From Patescibacteria group bacterium (lineage in GTDB: Bacteria; Patescibacteriota; Microgenomatia; PFEM01; JBHPGO01), in contig JBHPGO010000003.1 in assembly GCA_042570465.1 (NCBI GenBank), positions 1-56,882 on the forward strand: a DNA stretch of 56,882 nucleotides. Direction: 5' to 3'. Below the pieces are notes generated by a model that did no database searches, was not told the DNA's origin, and worked only from the letters and a program-made list of their open reading frames with translations. A program made the position numbers and the translations under genes. Positions 19,728-30,122 of this stretch are shown here, piece by piece (the first letter of the stretch is position 1; each line of letters starts with the position of its first letter).

Positions 19728-20065
19728 GAGAAGTTCATAAAAACGAGGCAAAAAAACATCAAAATAGCGAGGTGTGTCTAGCTGTTGAGTATCCCTTGGG
19801 AGATAAAGACATTAACGGCGCTGTTATTCATTTAAGTGGCAGGTACCCCGACGAGGGGAGGGTGGTTAACGAGGAGTGCAAAGAATTAGCTTACGTCATC
19901 AATGGCTCAGGAAAATTGGTGGTGGAAGGTAAAGAAGTTGAATTGAATGAAGGCGACATGGTTTTAATTGAACCTGGAGAGAGGTATTTTTGGGACGGTA
20001 AAATGACCATGTTTGTACCTTGTGTCCCCGCTTGGACTCCCGAACAACATAAAGAAGTTAAATGA
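19724..20065 (+). CDS. cupin domain protein
   Basis: ELAYVINGSG...LNEGDMVLIEPGE. Confidence 0.8.
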   Translation: MREVHKNEAKKHQNSEVCLAVEYPLGDKDINGAVIHLSGRYPDEGRVVNEECKELAYVINGSGKLVVEGKEVELNEGDMVLIEPGERYFWDGKMTMFVPCVPAWTPEQHKEVK

Positions 20066-20295
20066 GTAAGCTGAAAGTTGGTAAATGCCAGCATTATAAA
20101 GGCAAATTACATGAAGTTATTGGCGTGGCTCGCCACAGTGAGACTTTAGAGGAATTGGTGGTTTACAAAGCTCTATACGAAAGCAAGGATTTTGGTAAAG
20201 ATGCTTTATGGGTAAGGCCATTGAAAATGTTTCTGGAAAAAGTTGAGGTTGACGGTAATAAGGTTCCAAGATTCAAATTTATTGGAGGAAAATGA
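20062..20295 (+). CDS. DUF1653-family protein
   Basis: HYKG, ARHSETLEELVVYKALY, WVRPLKMF, PRF. Confidence 0.85.
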   Translation: MSKLKVGKCQHYKGKLHEVIGVARHSETLEELVVYKALYESKDFGKDALWVRPLKMFLEKVEVDGNKVPRFKFIGGK

Positions 20296-22073
20296 AAAAA
20301 ACCTTAAAACACTCCTTAAGAGTTCTTGCTATTTCCTGGAAGGCAAATCGTTTTTATCTCCCACTCTCAATTTTCAGTAAGGTGTATCAGGATACTTTGT
20401 ATCCACTGGTTATGGTGATTTTATTGGCACGCATTATTGACATGCTTGAGTCATCGCAGATATTATCCGTCTCCGACTTCAGCCTTATAATATCTCTATT
20501 TGTTGTAGCTTCACTTTTGAAATTAACACTATCTAGTTTTTTAGATGTTAAACAGGCCTATTTGGATTTTAAGCTTGAAGCATGCCTGGATATAGAAATT
20601 GCTGAAAAGCTGGTAAGTCTCGACCCTGCAACTTTGGAAATGCCAAGTTTTCAGAGTTTACTTGCCCAAATAGAGGGGGCAAAAGGAGCTATCCAAAAGC
20701 ACATTATCCGCCTGATAGCTTTTATTAGTGCTATTTTCAAGGTTGTTACAGCAGCCATAGTGGTCTTTTCAGCTTTTCCAATTGTTATCCCCTTAATATT
20801 ATTGGCAACGATCCCTTCGTATTTGGCTTGGGATAGAACTAGAAAGAAAACCTGGATCTACTACACGAAGAAGCGTTCATTAATGGTTAGAGTTACGAGA
20901 TACATTAAAACTCTTCTTTTTACCGACTCCACTTCCAAAGAGGTGGCTATATTCAAAACTGGCCCAGTGTTGTTGTCAAAAATTAAGAAGCATCAGAAGA
21001 AGTACTTCAACAGTTTTAACAAGGCAAATAATCCAAGAATGGTTGAGATTATTCTTGCAAGAATCCTTCAGTTCTTTGTTTTTATTTACACCCAGTATCT
21101 AAATTTGACTGCGGTTTTGAAGGGAACGCTTAGTCTTGGTCAATTTGCACTAATTTTTTCACAGACATATAACTTGGCCACATCTTCAGAGGACATACTG
21201 AATCAATACTCCAGCATTTCAGCACGAAATAAACACCTAGATCTGTTTTTTAAGTTTCTAGAAACCAAAAGAAAAGTCTCGTTACCTAAATCGCCAAAAC
21301 CAATGAGAAAAAAACCGTACCCGCCAATAATTGAATTTAACAATGTGTCATTTCGATATCCGGGTACCAAAAGAGATATTCTCAGGGGATTTAACTTGAC
21401 AATAAACAGTGGGGAGAAAATCGCACTTGTGGGAGAAAATGGTGCAGGAAAAACAACATTGATCAAATTACTATTGCGATTCCACGATGTAATCAATGGC
21501 GAAGTATTGATTAATGGAATGAATATTAAGGAGTTGGATTTAGATGAGTGGCACAAATTGACAGGAGCGCTTTTCCAAGATTTTATTAAATACCAATTCA
21601 CTTTTAAAGAAAATGTATATTTTGGAGACTTAGAGGAATCAGGAAATATGAAATTATTTACTAAAAGCATTGAAGGGTCAGGTGCAAGTACTTACTTAGG
21701 AAAGCTGCCCAAAGGTGAGAGTCAAGTGCTTGGAAAGATGTTTGAGGGTGGTATTGACCTTTCAGGTGGACAATGGCAAAAACTTGCCCTTGCAAGGGCG
21801 TTTTTCAGAAATGCGCCAATTCTTGTCCTTGACGAACCCACAAGTGCAATTGATGCGAAAGCAGAGTATGAAATATTCCAAAAGGTACAAAAGCTACAAA
21901 AGGATAAAACAGTTATGATCATCTCTCACAGATTCTCGACCGTTAGAAACGCGGACAGAATCTTAGTGTTAAATGAAGGAAGAATTATTGAAGAGGGTGA
22001 TCATAAAGAATTAATGAAGAAGAAGGGCCTGTATGAAGAATTGTTTACATTACAGGCTCAAGGATACAAGTAA
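20292..22073 (+). CDS. ABC transporter ATP-binding/permease fusion
   Basis: GENGAGKT, LSGGQWQ, LVLDEPT; N-terminal TM domain. Confidence 0.92.
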   Translation: MKKTLKHSLRVLAISWKANRFYLPLSIFSKVYQDTLYPLVMVILLARIIDMLESSQILSVSDFSLIISLFVVASLLKLTLSSFLDVKQAYLDFKLEACLDIEIAEKLVSLDPATLEMPSFQSLLAQIEGAKGAIQKHIIRLIAFISAIFKVVTAAIVVFSAFPIVIPLILLATIPSYLAWDRTRKKTWIYYTKKRSLMVRVTRYIKTLLFTDSTSKEVAIFKTGPVLLSKIKKHQKKYFNSFNKANNPRMVEIILARILQFFVFIYTQYLNLTAVLKGTLSLGQFALIFSQTYNLATSSEDILNQYSSISARNKHLDLFFKFLETKRKVSLPKSPKPMRKKPYPPIIEFNNVSFRYPGTKRDILRGFNLTINSGEKIALVGENGAGKTTLIKLLLRFHDVINGEVLINGMNIKELDLDEWHKLTGALFQDFIKYQFTFKENVYFGDLEESGNMKLFTKSIEGSGASTYLGKLPKGESQVLGKMFEGGIDLSGGQWQKLALARAFFRNAPILVLDEPTSAIDAKAEYEIFQKVQKLQKDKTVMIISHRFSTVRNADRILVLNEGRIIEEGDHKELMKKKGLYEELFTLQAQGYK

Positions 22074-22295
22074 CCACGTAGATCTGGTTTGTCTCTTATG
22101 AGCGATTAACCAAAAGCTGGAATAAAAATAGGTTCTTTTACGCCTAACAAAAAGGTTCGAACTCTGTCCCCCACACAAGTTTAGCATTCGGCTTTTGGGA
22201 ACTATTCGTTCACGCCTCATGCTGCACTTTGGCGGGGCAGGCACGCTCCCCAGCATAGTGTACGAACTTAGAAGCTGTTTTGATATACTTCAGTT

Positions 22296-22844
22296 GTGGC
22301 AATAAGACCAAAGCTGGTTTCTGTCTCAATTCCTGAATACACAGTCGATTCTCAACCCGATTATGTTGCTATCGGAGCCAAGATAGATAAGGTTTTGGAA
22401 GAAAATTTTGAAGGGTATTTCTTGGAACGAGTTTTGAGTCTGACTGACCATCCTAGATACAATCTCGACGAATTGGTGAATATTATTATCAAAACAGGAA
22501 CTGACAAATATGATCCAAATCGCAAGGGTGTCGCTCACGAACAATTTGAACCATATAAGCCCGATTTACAAGCTGGAGAGATTAAGATACATAGTGGCAA
22601 GTTGAATAATCCACATAGTACAGGACTCATAAAACTTTTCTATGAAAATGTTCTTTTGGATAGGGGCTACAGATTGAGAATTGACCTTATTCTTTTGTAC
22701 GACCCTAAGCAATTGGTCCGGGCTGAAAAAGTTGACTATACAAAACCAAGTGTCGATCCAAACCTTGAACAATATCTTTGGAGATTTAAGGATCCGAATA
22801 ATAAACAAAAAGCCTTGTTAGGAATTATTAAAATATTGAGGTAA
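22296..22844 (+). CDS. hypothetical protein (cassette cargo)
   Basis: 182-aa ORF starting 6 nt after TGATATACT. Confidence 0.65.
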   Translation: MAIRPKLVSVSIPEYTVDSQPDYVAIGAKIDKVLEENFEGYFLERVLSLTDHPRYNLDELVNIIIKTGTDKYDPNRKGVAHEQFEPYKPDLQAGEIKIHSGKLNNPHSTGLIKLFYENVLLDRGYRLRIDLILLYDPKQLVRAEKVDYTKPSVDPNLEQYLWRFKDPNNKQKALLGIIKILR

Positions 22845-23116
22845 TCAAAAAGACACACCTTGTGTTAAATGGGGCGAGGGCAAAATGTTTGCCGATGAGA
22901 GTAAGGAATAACCTCGAAGCTTGTATGCTAAAGGGAGCTAGTAGAATCGAAATTATTTGTCTCTTGAAGTTTTAGGCTTGCGTAGAATAATTTAACGTCG
23001 TCCAGGTTGTATTCAAACTCAATCTTTCGGTTGCAGAATAAGTCCTTTAGGGGGAGCTGATTTGTTCTTAATCTAACCACTTTAATACTTTACTATTTCT
23101 ATAGTAGAATAAAGTC

Positions 23117-23560
23117 ATGTTGTTTTGGGTTGTCTTAATAATCTTCATCTTAGTAGTTGCATATTTAGACCAAATTGGTTGGCTACAATATCAAGCTAAA
23201 GTAAAGGACAGGAAGATTCATTTAAGACATTATTTTAAAAAGAAAGAGATTGATATTGATTCAATTACTAAGGCAAGAACCCTTTTAAAAGGTGCATACG
23301 CTACAAAGGTTGTACAGGTTAAGACTGGCGAGAATTGGGAAGACATAGCAAAGATAACCTTCTTAAATTATAAAAATAATTCTACGCTTCTTAATTCTTT
23401 GAAATCTTTAAATCCAAATATAGAATTTTCACCTGAGCTAGGAGATTATTCAAAAGCTGGTAATATCGGAGACTACTTTATAAACAAAAAGCAGATAATT
23501 AGAGGATTATTGTTACTTTTAATATTTGCCTTTCTTATTTTGATATCGTATTTGTTTTAG
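23117..23560 (+). CDS. membrane protein, possible PH-like domain (cassette cargo)
   Basis: N- and C-terminal TM helices; starts 6 nt after TAGAAT. Confidence 0.6.
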   Translation: MLFWVVLIIFILVVAYLDQIGWLQYQAKVKDRKIHLRHYFKKKEIDIDSITKARTLLKGAYATKVVQVKTGENWEDIAKITFLNYKNNSTLLNSLKSLNPNIEFSPELGDYSKAGNIGDYFINKKQIIRGLLLLLIFAFLILISYLF

Positions 23561-23937
23561 CCTTTCTCTATTCTGTTCGATTATCGCTACATTTTGAAAA
23601 ACCTTAATAATTTCAGTTAGATTAATCCTAGGACTAGGGAGCCAATCTTTTGTTTTGTTGGCTTCTAGTATTGCATCAAACGGCATTTTGAGGCTAGGAA
23701 TGAGCTTTTTGCCGTCCATTTGCGAGTTCTGAAACAAATAGAATAATAGCTCTCTTTTTTGATGAGCGTCTGCTTTTTCAAACAATTCGTGTGCTTTATG
23801 TGCTAATTCCAGTAGCTTACTAGCCTTAACAAAGTAGTTTTCGTCAGCGTTACTATGTTGTTCCATCTGTATTATCAAATCTGCCTGTATCCTCTTATAC
23901 TTGCTCAGTAGCGTGTCATACTTATCTTCTGTAATTC
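23519..23937 (-). pseudogene. 3' remnant of large serine recombinase fused in frame to a cassette tail
   Basis: ITEDKYDTLL...HSNADENY...QKRELLFYLFQN...PFDAILEANKTKDW|LPSPRINL; no catalytic N-terminal domain. Confidence 0.7.
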
Positions 23938-24813
23938 ACCATATTCAGACAATTCTTTACCTTCCTCTGTATAATTGTGATTATCTACATAATAATCTGC
24001 TTCGTAGTTTGAGCTTAATACTTCACTAACTACATTTAGCAGTTCTGCCACTGTAATAGTAAAGTCATCAACTCTTTTATATGCGTTTACCTCGGCTAAT
24101 TGGTTGTCTTGAACGACACTTAAAAACTCGTTTTTATTAAAATTAACACCACTATAATCTCTAAAACTTATGTTGATTTTCATAGTGGGACTTATGTATT
24201 TTCCGAGTGTTTCATAGTTATTGGTTTCTAATAAATCAACAACTTCGTCTGACCTTTCTAATAAGCCTAGTGGTTTAAGAACATCAACAACTGACTGTCT
24301 TTTTGATGTGACTATCTGGCTATATTGGGAAAATCTGGCATATCGCACGGTGAATGTGGCTACTGCAGTTAAACCAAGAACAACCAGAAGACCTAATATT
24401 GAATGTAATAAAGCAGTTTTTTTCTTTCTTAAATCAAGTATTGCGAATAGTGTGTAAACTATCACGATGGAAGCCACAGAGGCAATTAAGGGCATTATTT
24501 CAGCCAAGATATTCGGTTGGAAATAACTAAATATATAACGCCAGACAAAAAGGGAGCCAATAAAAACTGCTATTGAATTGACAACTGTTGCGTTGATGTT
24601 TCTTAGTAAGTGCTTTAAGGCCCAACGAGCTAGTAATGATGTAACTAGCACGATAATAAAAGGTGTCATAAAAGTAATTAAAAGATGAAGCACGTCAGAC
24701 GGAATAAATTGTAAAAAGAACGGCATTCTTTCTTGCAAGCAAGCTCCTGGAACGCCACATTCACAGGGAGTACAACCTAATACTTGAGGTGTTGTAGTAA
24801 TGAGCGTAAACAT
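23905..24813 (-). CDS. membrane protein, probably 3'-truncated onto the recombinase remnant
   Basis: 4 TM helices; last codons read out of frame through recombinase DNA. Confidence 0.6.
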   Translation of the reverse strand: MFTLITTTPQVLGCTPCECGVPGACLQERMPFFLQFIPSDVLHLLITFMTPFIIVLVTSLLARWALKHLLRNINATVVNSIAVFIGSLFVWRYIFSYFQPNILAEIMPLIASVASIVIVYTLFAILDLRKKKTALLHSILGLLVVLGLTAVATFTVRYARFSQYSQIVTSKRQSVVDVLKPLGLLERSDEVVDLLETNNYETLGKYISPTMKINISFRDYSGVNFNKNEFLSVVQDNQLAEVNAYKRVDDFTITVAELLNVVSEVLSSNYEADYYVDNHNYTEEGKELSEYGELQKISMTRY

Positions 24814-24817
24814 AGTT

Positions 24818-25930
24818 TTATTGAGTATAAGACGATAATTTTATAGGTAGTAAGTTCGCTTCATCTTGGCCAAATGACATATTAACAGTTACTTCGCAAC
24901 GCTCAGTTTGTTGTCCTTCGTCGCCTGTAAAAATCACTTTGCAATCAAGATTATCTATCTTTGAGACAGAGGTAAGTGGCCCTGTGGTTACTTGCTTTGT
25001 TTCCTTATCCCATACTTCTTGGGCTGTGTATCTTATTGTTTCTATGCCATAGCTGGAAATTATCTGTATATCCCAGGCAGTAGATGTTGAGTAAGACGTC
25101 ATTGAGCCTGCTTGCAAAGATACATTTTCAGATGATTGGGGCGTAGAGAAGTTTTGTATAGAGAGTTTTGGCATAGTTAAGTAGATTAAAGGGCTTTCTG
25201 GTTGGGTTATCGCCCCACTAAAAGATGTGTTCGCATTGAAGGCGCGATTAAATGGCTCAAGCTTTTTTGTGAGTGCTTCTTCTTGACCACTGGTAACCTG
25301 AATTGTGCAATCTGTTACCCATACTTCTGGAACATCTGTAAACCTAGTTTCGGTGTTGCAACCCTGGTTTTTTAATGTAATAAAGTAACCGTTATTGTAA
25401 AAAGACACTCCATTCCTAATTGGAAGGTGATTTATATTGTGGATGTCGTTAAGTGAGTAGTTTTGTCCAAAGACAATATCTGGGACTGCTTTAGATGACC
25501 CGCCACTGCCAAACAATATTCTTGTTTCACCATCGGCCAGTAAGTGTTGTTTTTCCTGAGCAAGTCCTGGAATTACTTTTATAGTTTGAGTGCCTAGAGA
25601 TACCGTAGGGCTAGCCATATCTGTTGGTTTAGCAACCTCATTTGTGGGTGTTGATGTGGTCTGAGAGGTCTTATTCTGGTTTACAAACAATAATCTGAAA
25701 AAATTCCAATTAAGTACAATGCCTGCAATAATTAGCCCCAGAAGAATAAGCGAAGCAATTACAATTTTAGCAACATTTTTTTTACCTTTGTAGTCTTTTG
25801 TTTCAATAGGTGGCTGTATATCTGTGTTTTGTTGAACTTGAGGTATTGGTTCAGGCGCATTCGGTAGTTTTGTATCAGAGGTTTTATTGTCATTCGTTAC
25901 TTCTTCCATATTATTTTCAGTATACTTCAA
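24818..25930 (-). CDS. single-pass membrane protein with extracellular domain
   Basis: one TM helix followed by a Thr/Ser-rich linker. Confidence 0.65.
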   Translation of the reverse strand: MKYTENNMEEVTNDNKTSDTKLPNAPEPIPQVQQNTDIQPPIETKDYKGKKNVAKIVIASLILLGLIIAGIVLNWNFFRLLFVNQNKTSQTTSTPTNEVAKPTDMASPTVSLGTQTIKVIPGLAQEKQHLLADGETRILFGSGGSSKAVPDIVFGQNYSLNDIHNINHLPIRNGVSFYNNGYFITLKNQGCNTETRFTDVPEVWVTDCTIQVTSGQEEALTKKLEPFNRAFNANTSFSGAITQPESPLIYLTMPKLSIQNFSTPQSSENVSLQAGSMTSYSTSTAWDIQIISSYGIETIRYTAQEVWDKETKQVTTGPLTSVSKIDNLDCKVIFTGDEGQQTERCEVTVNMSFGQDEANLLPIKLSSYTQ

Positions 25931-26034
25931 GCAAAATTAAAATTGTAGTTATCAAATTCGTATTTTGAGTAATCAAGTGTTCTGAATGTATTTATTAGGG
26001 GGAGCTGAACTTGTCTTAATCTAACCTCTTTCTT

Positions 26035-26988
26035 GTGGTAAGATTGAATCTAGTGAATAAAGAATCTCGTAAATCTATAATTACAGTAATCCTGCTACTT
26101 CTATCTCCTCTTCTTTCCTGGTCCCTAACTCCAATTACAATGATTCCAGCAGCAATAATTGGCAGCTTTGTTACGAGAGGCTGTAAAGGCTCAATGTGTG
26201 GTTTTGCTGAAGGTATTTTTATCACGGTTTTTCTTAATATTATTGCGGCTTATATTATTTCCCTCAGTATTTATTTATTGACTCATAAAAAAGAAAAGCC
26301 CAGAAAAAAAATTATCGTTGCAAGCTTACTCCTTTTATACTACGCAGCTTTGGTATCTGGGTTTATTTTATTTGCCAGGCATGAACAAGGAAAGTTAGAA
26401 AGAAAAAATCTGGAGGTTATTGAATCTCTACAGACGTTGGAAGCAAAAGATATTGTTTTTGTTGAAAGGACAGTGCGGATAAACAAAACTGACTGGAAAA
26501 TTTATACAAAAGACAATTTGGCTTATCAGATTAAGTACCCAAAAAACTTTAGAATTCAAGACCACCAGGCTCCAACTAACTATGTTTTTCGTGCCCCTGA
26601 TGATTCTTACCCTTCTGCTAAGTGGAACAGAAACAATCAATTTTTCACTCTGGGAGGGTTCAATAAAAAATTCCAACAATTTCCTGATGACAATGAAGCG
26701 ATAAATCAAGCTATCAAGAATATAAATAATGCAAACATTAAAACTCCCTCATTTCCTACCAAAATCAATGAGCCTGCTGAAAAATCTATTTCAACTCGGG
26801 GGTGGAAATTCTATTTTATTGAAAAAGGTAGTAGGAAAACTACAAAAGAAGGTTTGGAATTTGATGAATTATCTATCGTTATCAATGTTCCTGGGAGGGG
26901 ATATTTATTTTGGGGAGGACATACAACTTTTGAAGGTGGGCTTGAACTAATCAAACAGGTTGTTGAGGAAGTGGAGGAGATTAGATAG
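26035..26988 (+). CDS. membrane protein with PsbP-like C-terminal domain (cassette cargo)
   Basis: TM helices, then WKIYT...YQIKYP motif. Confidence 0.6.
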   Translation: MVRLNLVNKESRKSIITVILLLLSPLLSWSLTPITMIPAAIIGSFVTRGCKGSMCGFAEGIFITVFLNIIAAYIISLSIYLLTHKKEKPRKKIIVASLLLLYYAALVSGFILFARHEQGKLERKNLEVIESLQTLEAKDIVFVERTVRINKTDWKIYTKDNLAYQIKYPKNFRIQDHQAPTNYVFRAPDDSYPSAKWNRNNQFFTLGGFNKKFQQFPDDNEAINQAIKNINNANIKTPSFPTKINEPAEKSISTRGWKFYFIEKGSRKTTKEGLEFDELSIVINVPGRGYLFWGGHTTFEGGLELIKQVVEEVEEIR

Positions 26989-27149
26989 CAGACTCCCTAG
27001 AAACTTAAATTCTTTATTTGTTTCAATCTTTCTCTTGCCTGTTCAGCAATTACTACAGTTTGAAAAACCTTAATAATCTTACTTAGATTAATCCTAGGAC
27101 TAGGGAGCATAGTGTACGAACTTAGAATCTTCTTTGATATACTGCCATT

Positions 27150-27788
27150 ATGGTATCCAAGAGCCTTCTTTGGCATTACACACAGTTGCTTCAAGAGTAC
27201 GGCGACCCAATAACATACTGGCCACAGTGGTGTGCCAAAACAAAGTCCGTAAAAGAGCGAGAGAAAATTATTATTGGGATGGTTTTAGTCCAGAGAACAA
27301 GTTGGCATAACGCCAATATCGCTCTTAAAAACCTTAAAAAAGAAAACTTGTTATCAATCAGGAAAATCTCTGAATTAAAATCACTAGATAAACTTACCCA
27401 ACTGATTCGATCTGCCGGTTTTTACCAGTCAAAGCCTAAACGCCTATTTGATATATGCGCCTTTGCTATTGGCCAAGGAGGCATAAGTAGACTGATAAAG
27501 AGGGATGCCTCAAAATTGAGGTTAGACCTTCTCGACATTAAGGGCGTTGGTCAAGAAACCGCTGACACAATCCTGCTTTATGCCCTAGATAAACCAGTTT
27601 TTATTATTGACGAATATGCTCGACGCTGGGTTGAAAAGAATGGCATAACAAAAGAAAAAGATTATCTTAAATTACAACAGTTTTTCCACGATAATCTAAA
27701 AAAAGACCTCCTTATTTATCAGAATTTTCATACGCTTATTATCGTTTGCCAGCGAGGTAGGGAAAAGTCAGTAATGGAAGTTGTATAA
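27150..27788 (+). CDS. HhH-GPD endonuclease III-like DNA glycosylase
   Basis: LVQRTSW, IRSAGFYQSK, IKGVGQETADTILLYA, IDEYARR. Confidence 0.88.
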   Translation: MVSKSLLWHYTQLLQEYGDPITYWPQWCAKTKSVKEREKIIIGMVLVQRTSWHNANIALKNLKKENLLSIRKISELKSLDKLTQLIRSAGFYQSKPKRLFDICAFAIGQGGISRLIKRDASKLRLDLLDIKGVGQETADTILLYALDKPVFIIDEYARRWVEKNGITKEKDYLKLQQFFHDNLKKDLLIYQNFHTLIIVCQRGREKSVMEVV

Positions 27789-28707
27789 AGGAGGGGAGCA
27801 TAAAATACAAACTTATAGAAATAATGTCGGCGCTTCTCGGATAGGTAGTGACACAGCTACCAAAATAATCCCAATATCGAATAGTATTGGGGTTACAGTT
27901 GCTGGACCTGCCTTTTTGACTGATCCATCTACGCGAAAATCAAATCCAAGAAGCATAGCCACTTTTATCAACGATTATGCTTCTGGCTTAAAAGGTCAAA
28001 AGACAATAAAAAGCATTGCGGAGGGCCTAAAAACATATCTAACTGACATTTATCGCCCGGAGGAGCAGCTTAAAAAAATAGAGAAAGAAATTGAGGAGCG
28101 CATCAAGCGAATGAAGGGTGAGATTGAGAGTAGTGAGCGTGGTGAGGATAAAGAGAAGATAGTTGTCAGTTTCAAAGACAGTGACGGGAAGTTGCAAAAA
28201 GCAATCGGCGCAGTTACCCCAATCTCTTTGATTGTGGCCGGTTATGACAGGGGCAAGGATGGTGAGAAAAAAATGTCTGTCTATGTGATCTATATCCCGG
28301 GTAAGCTGGTGAATAAGCGCAAGCACGATAATGTTAATCAATATGGCGCCGACTGGACGGGCCAAAAAGATGTCGTCGCCAGGGTGATATTGGGTAGAGA
28401 CCCCAGGACACCAGCTCTCGGCTTTGCCCAAGAGGCGATTAACAGATTGGGAGAAAAAAAGGTACTTGATGAACTAAGAAGGCTTGAATATAGGATAAAT
28501 TGGGGCGGAATGACTCTCTTTGATGCTGTCGATTTTGCCACTCTAATGATAGAGATAACGGCAGCTATTCAGAGATTTTCCGACGGTATCCAGTTAACAC
28601 CCGGTGATTTGCCCGGTGTTGGTGGTGGTGCTGACGTGGCAATAGTAACTCCGGATAGCGGTTTTCACTGGCACAAGCGTAAGGAGCTAAAACTAGAGAA
28701 ACCTTAA
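27781..28707 (+). pseudogene. proteasome-beta-like Ntn hydrolase, apparently 5'-truncated
   Basis: KIIPIS..IGVTVAG, LIVAGYD, GVGGGADVAIVTP present; N-terminal nucleophile/GIVLAADS strand absent; 5' end at a GGGGAGC junction. Confidence 0.55.
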
Positions 28708-28879
28708 AGGTGGACCACTCTTATGGGGGTAGAAGCTTCTCGGTTGAGGAGAGGGGTTTGAGCTGGGTGATTAACAAATCACTACAGTTCAAGACGCTCC
28801 GTTGATTTAAGGTCGCCGCGTTTTTATTAACCCCTTGAGGTACTAACACAATTAGGGATCTATTGTATAATCTCATTAT

Positions 28880-29341
28880 ATGGAAATGGAGATTTTTACC
28901 GGAGTTGTCCTTTTAGACGACCGACAAAGAATTTACCTCATTAAAGAGGACGATGAAAATAAGATCGGACAAGATAGGTGGAATTTGCCCGGTGGCGGGA
29001 TTGATATTGGCGAGGGTATAATTGAATCCGCCAAGCGAGAAACTCTTGAGGAAACTGGTTATCAATCCAAGACAAAATCAATTCTCGGTGTTTACCAAGG
29101 CTCTAAGGTCGGTAAATCCTGGCTCTATGTTGTTTTAGGCGCCACTATCTCCGGTCCGACTCAAAAACCGGTAAAAGACGCCTCTATTAAGGCCGGAAAG
29201 TGGTTCGCAAAAGATGAATTTTTAGGTTTAGACTCCTCCTCTCTCGTCCATTCCGACATGAAATTGGTTTATCGGAAAGCGATTGGTGATAAGGGGCTGG
29301 GGCTGGATAGTGTTAAATTCGTCAATTATGATTCGAAATAG
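28880..29341 (+). CDS. NUDIX hydrolase
   Basis: WNLPGGGIDIGEGIIESAKRETLEETG Nudix box. Confidence 0.9.
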   Translation: MEMEIFTGVVLLDDRQRIYLIKEDDENKIGQDRWNLPGGGIDIGEGIIESAKRETLEETGYQSKTKSILGVYQGSKVGKSWLYVVLGATISGPTQKPVKDASIKAGKWFAKDEFLGLDSSSLVHSDMKLVYRKAIGDKGLGLDSVKFVNYDSK

Positions 29342-29376
29342 TTTCCCGTTTCGTTTTTTGATATACTAACCCCAAT

Positions 29377-29673
29377 ATGGCGGAAAATGAGCTAAAAGTT
29401 GAGGATTTCGGCAGAGAGTTTGAGACTAGTGGCGTTCTCCAAACCACGAAGGGCACGGTGGTCCCTCACGGGAGTAAAGTTGCTTTTGTCGGAGGCTTCA
29501 CTGACCCAACGGATGTCAAGGCTAGAAAGTACGTGGGGGGAGATTTTGGCACTTGGAATGTTTACCGAGTGGATACTGGCGAGGAGGGGGTAGAGCGGAT
29601 TCACGCTGAACCCGGCTCAACGGCCGACCAAAAAGCTAGAGGAGCTTGGAAGCCCCCAAAAGTAAAAAGATAA
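29377..29673 (+). CDS. hypothetical protein
   Basis: ORF after TGATATACT. Confidence 0.55.
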   Translation: MAENELKVEDFGREFETSGVLQTTKGTVVPHGSKVAFVGGFTDPTDVKARKYVGGDFGTWNVYRVDTGEEGVERIHAEPGSTADQKARGAWKPPKVKR

Positions 29674-29716
29674 AAATTAATCGATTGAGTCCCGTTTTTA
29701 TTAACCTCCAATAGTA

Positions 29717-30080
29717 CTAACACAACTGGGGATCTGTTGTATAAGCTCGATTTAGAGCCGGGGTTCGTTTTCGGGATTTAGTGGTTGAGATTGAAATTTG
29801 AATTTCAGCCGGTAACGAGGGGTTTAGAATCTGATCGATAAAAAAGTTTCTCACAGGTTCCAACCATCGGAGCCAATCCTTTGTTTTATTGGCTTCTAGT
29901 ATGGCATCAAACGGCATTTTGAGGATAGGATGAGCTTTTTGCCGTCCATTTGAGAGTTCTGAAATAAGTAAAACAATAGCTCTCTTTTTTGATAAGCATC
30001 CGCTTTTTCAAACAATTCGTGGGCTTTGTGTACCAATTTCAATAGCTTGCTAGCTTTAACAAAGTGGTTTTCGTCTCAGC
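29717..30080 (-). pseudogene. second, frameshifted 3' remnant of large serine recombinase plus a different tail
   Basis: 29874-~30075 is a near-copy of 23643-~23845; PFDAILEANKTKDW|LRWLEPVRNFF. Confidence 0.7.
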
Positions 30081-30122
30081 CATATTTACTTTTCGTCTCA
30101 TTTATGAGACGATTTAACTGTT

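Noticed and set aside
22150-22175. tRNA 3' remnant (GGTTCGAAC) as an attR
   Set aside because: No T-stem or acceptor pairing; better explained as the VRT codons of a recombinase tail on the minus strand.
22932-22938. Extra GGGAGC core
   Set aside because: It lies at the end of the 22928-23056 tail and has no right arm shared with any other site; probably chance.
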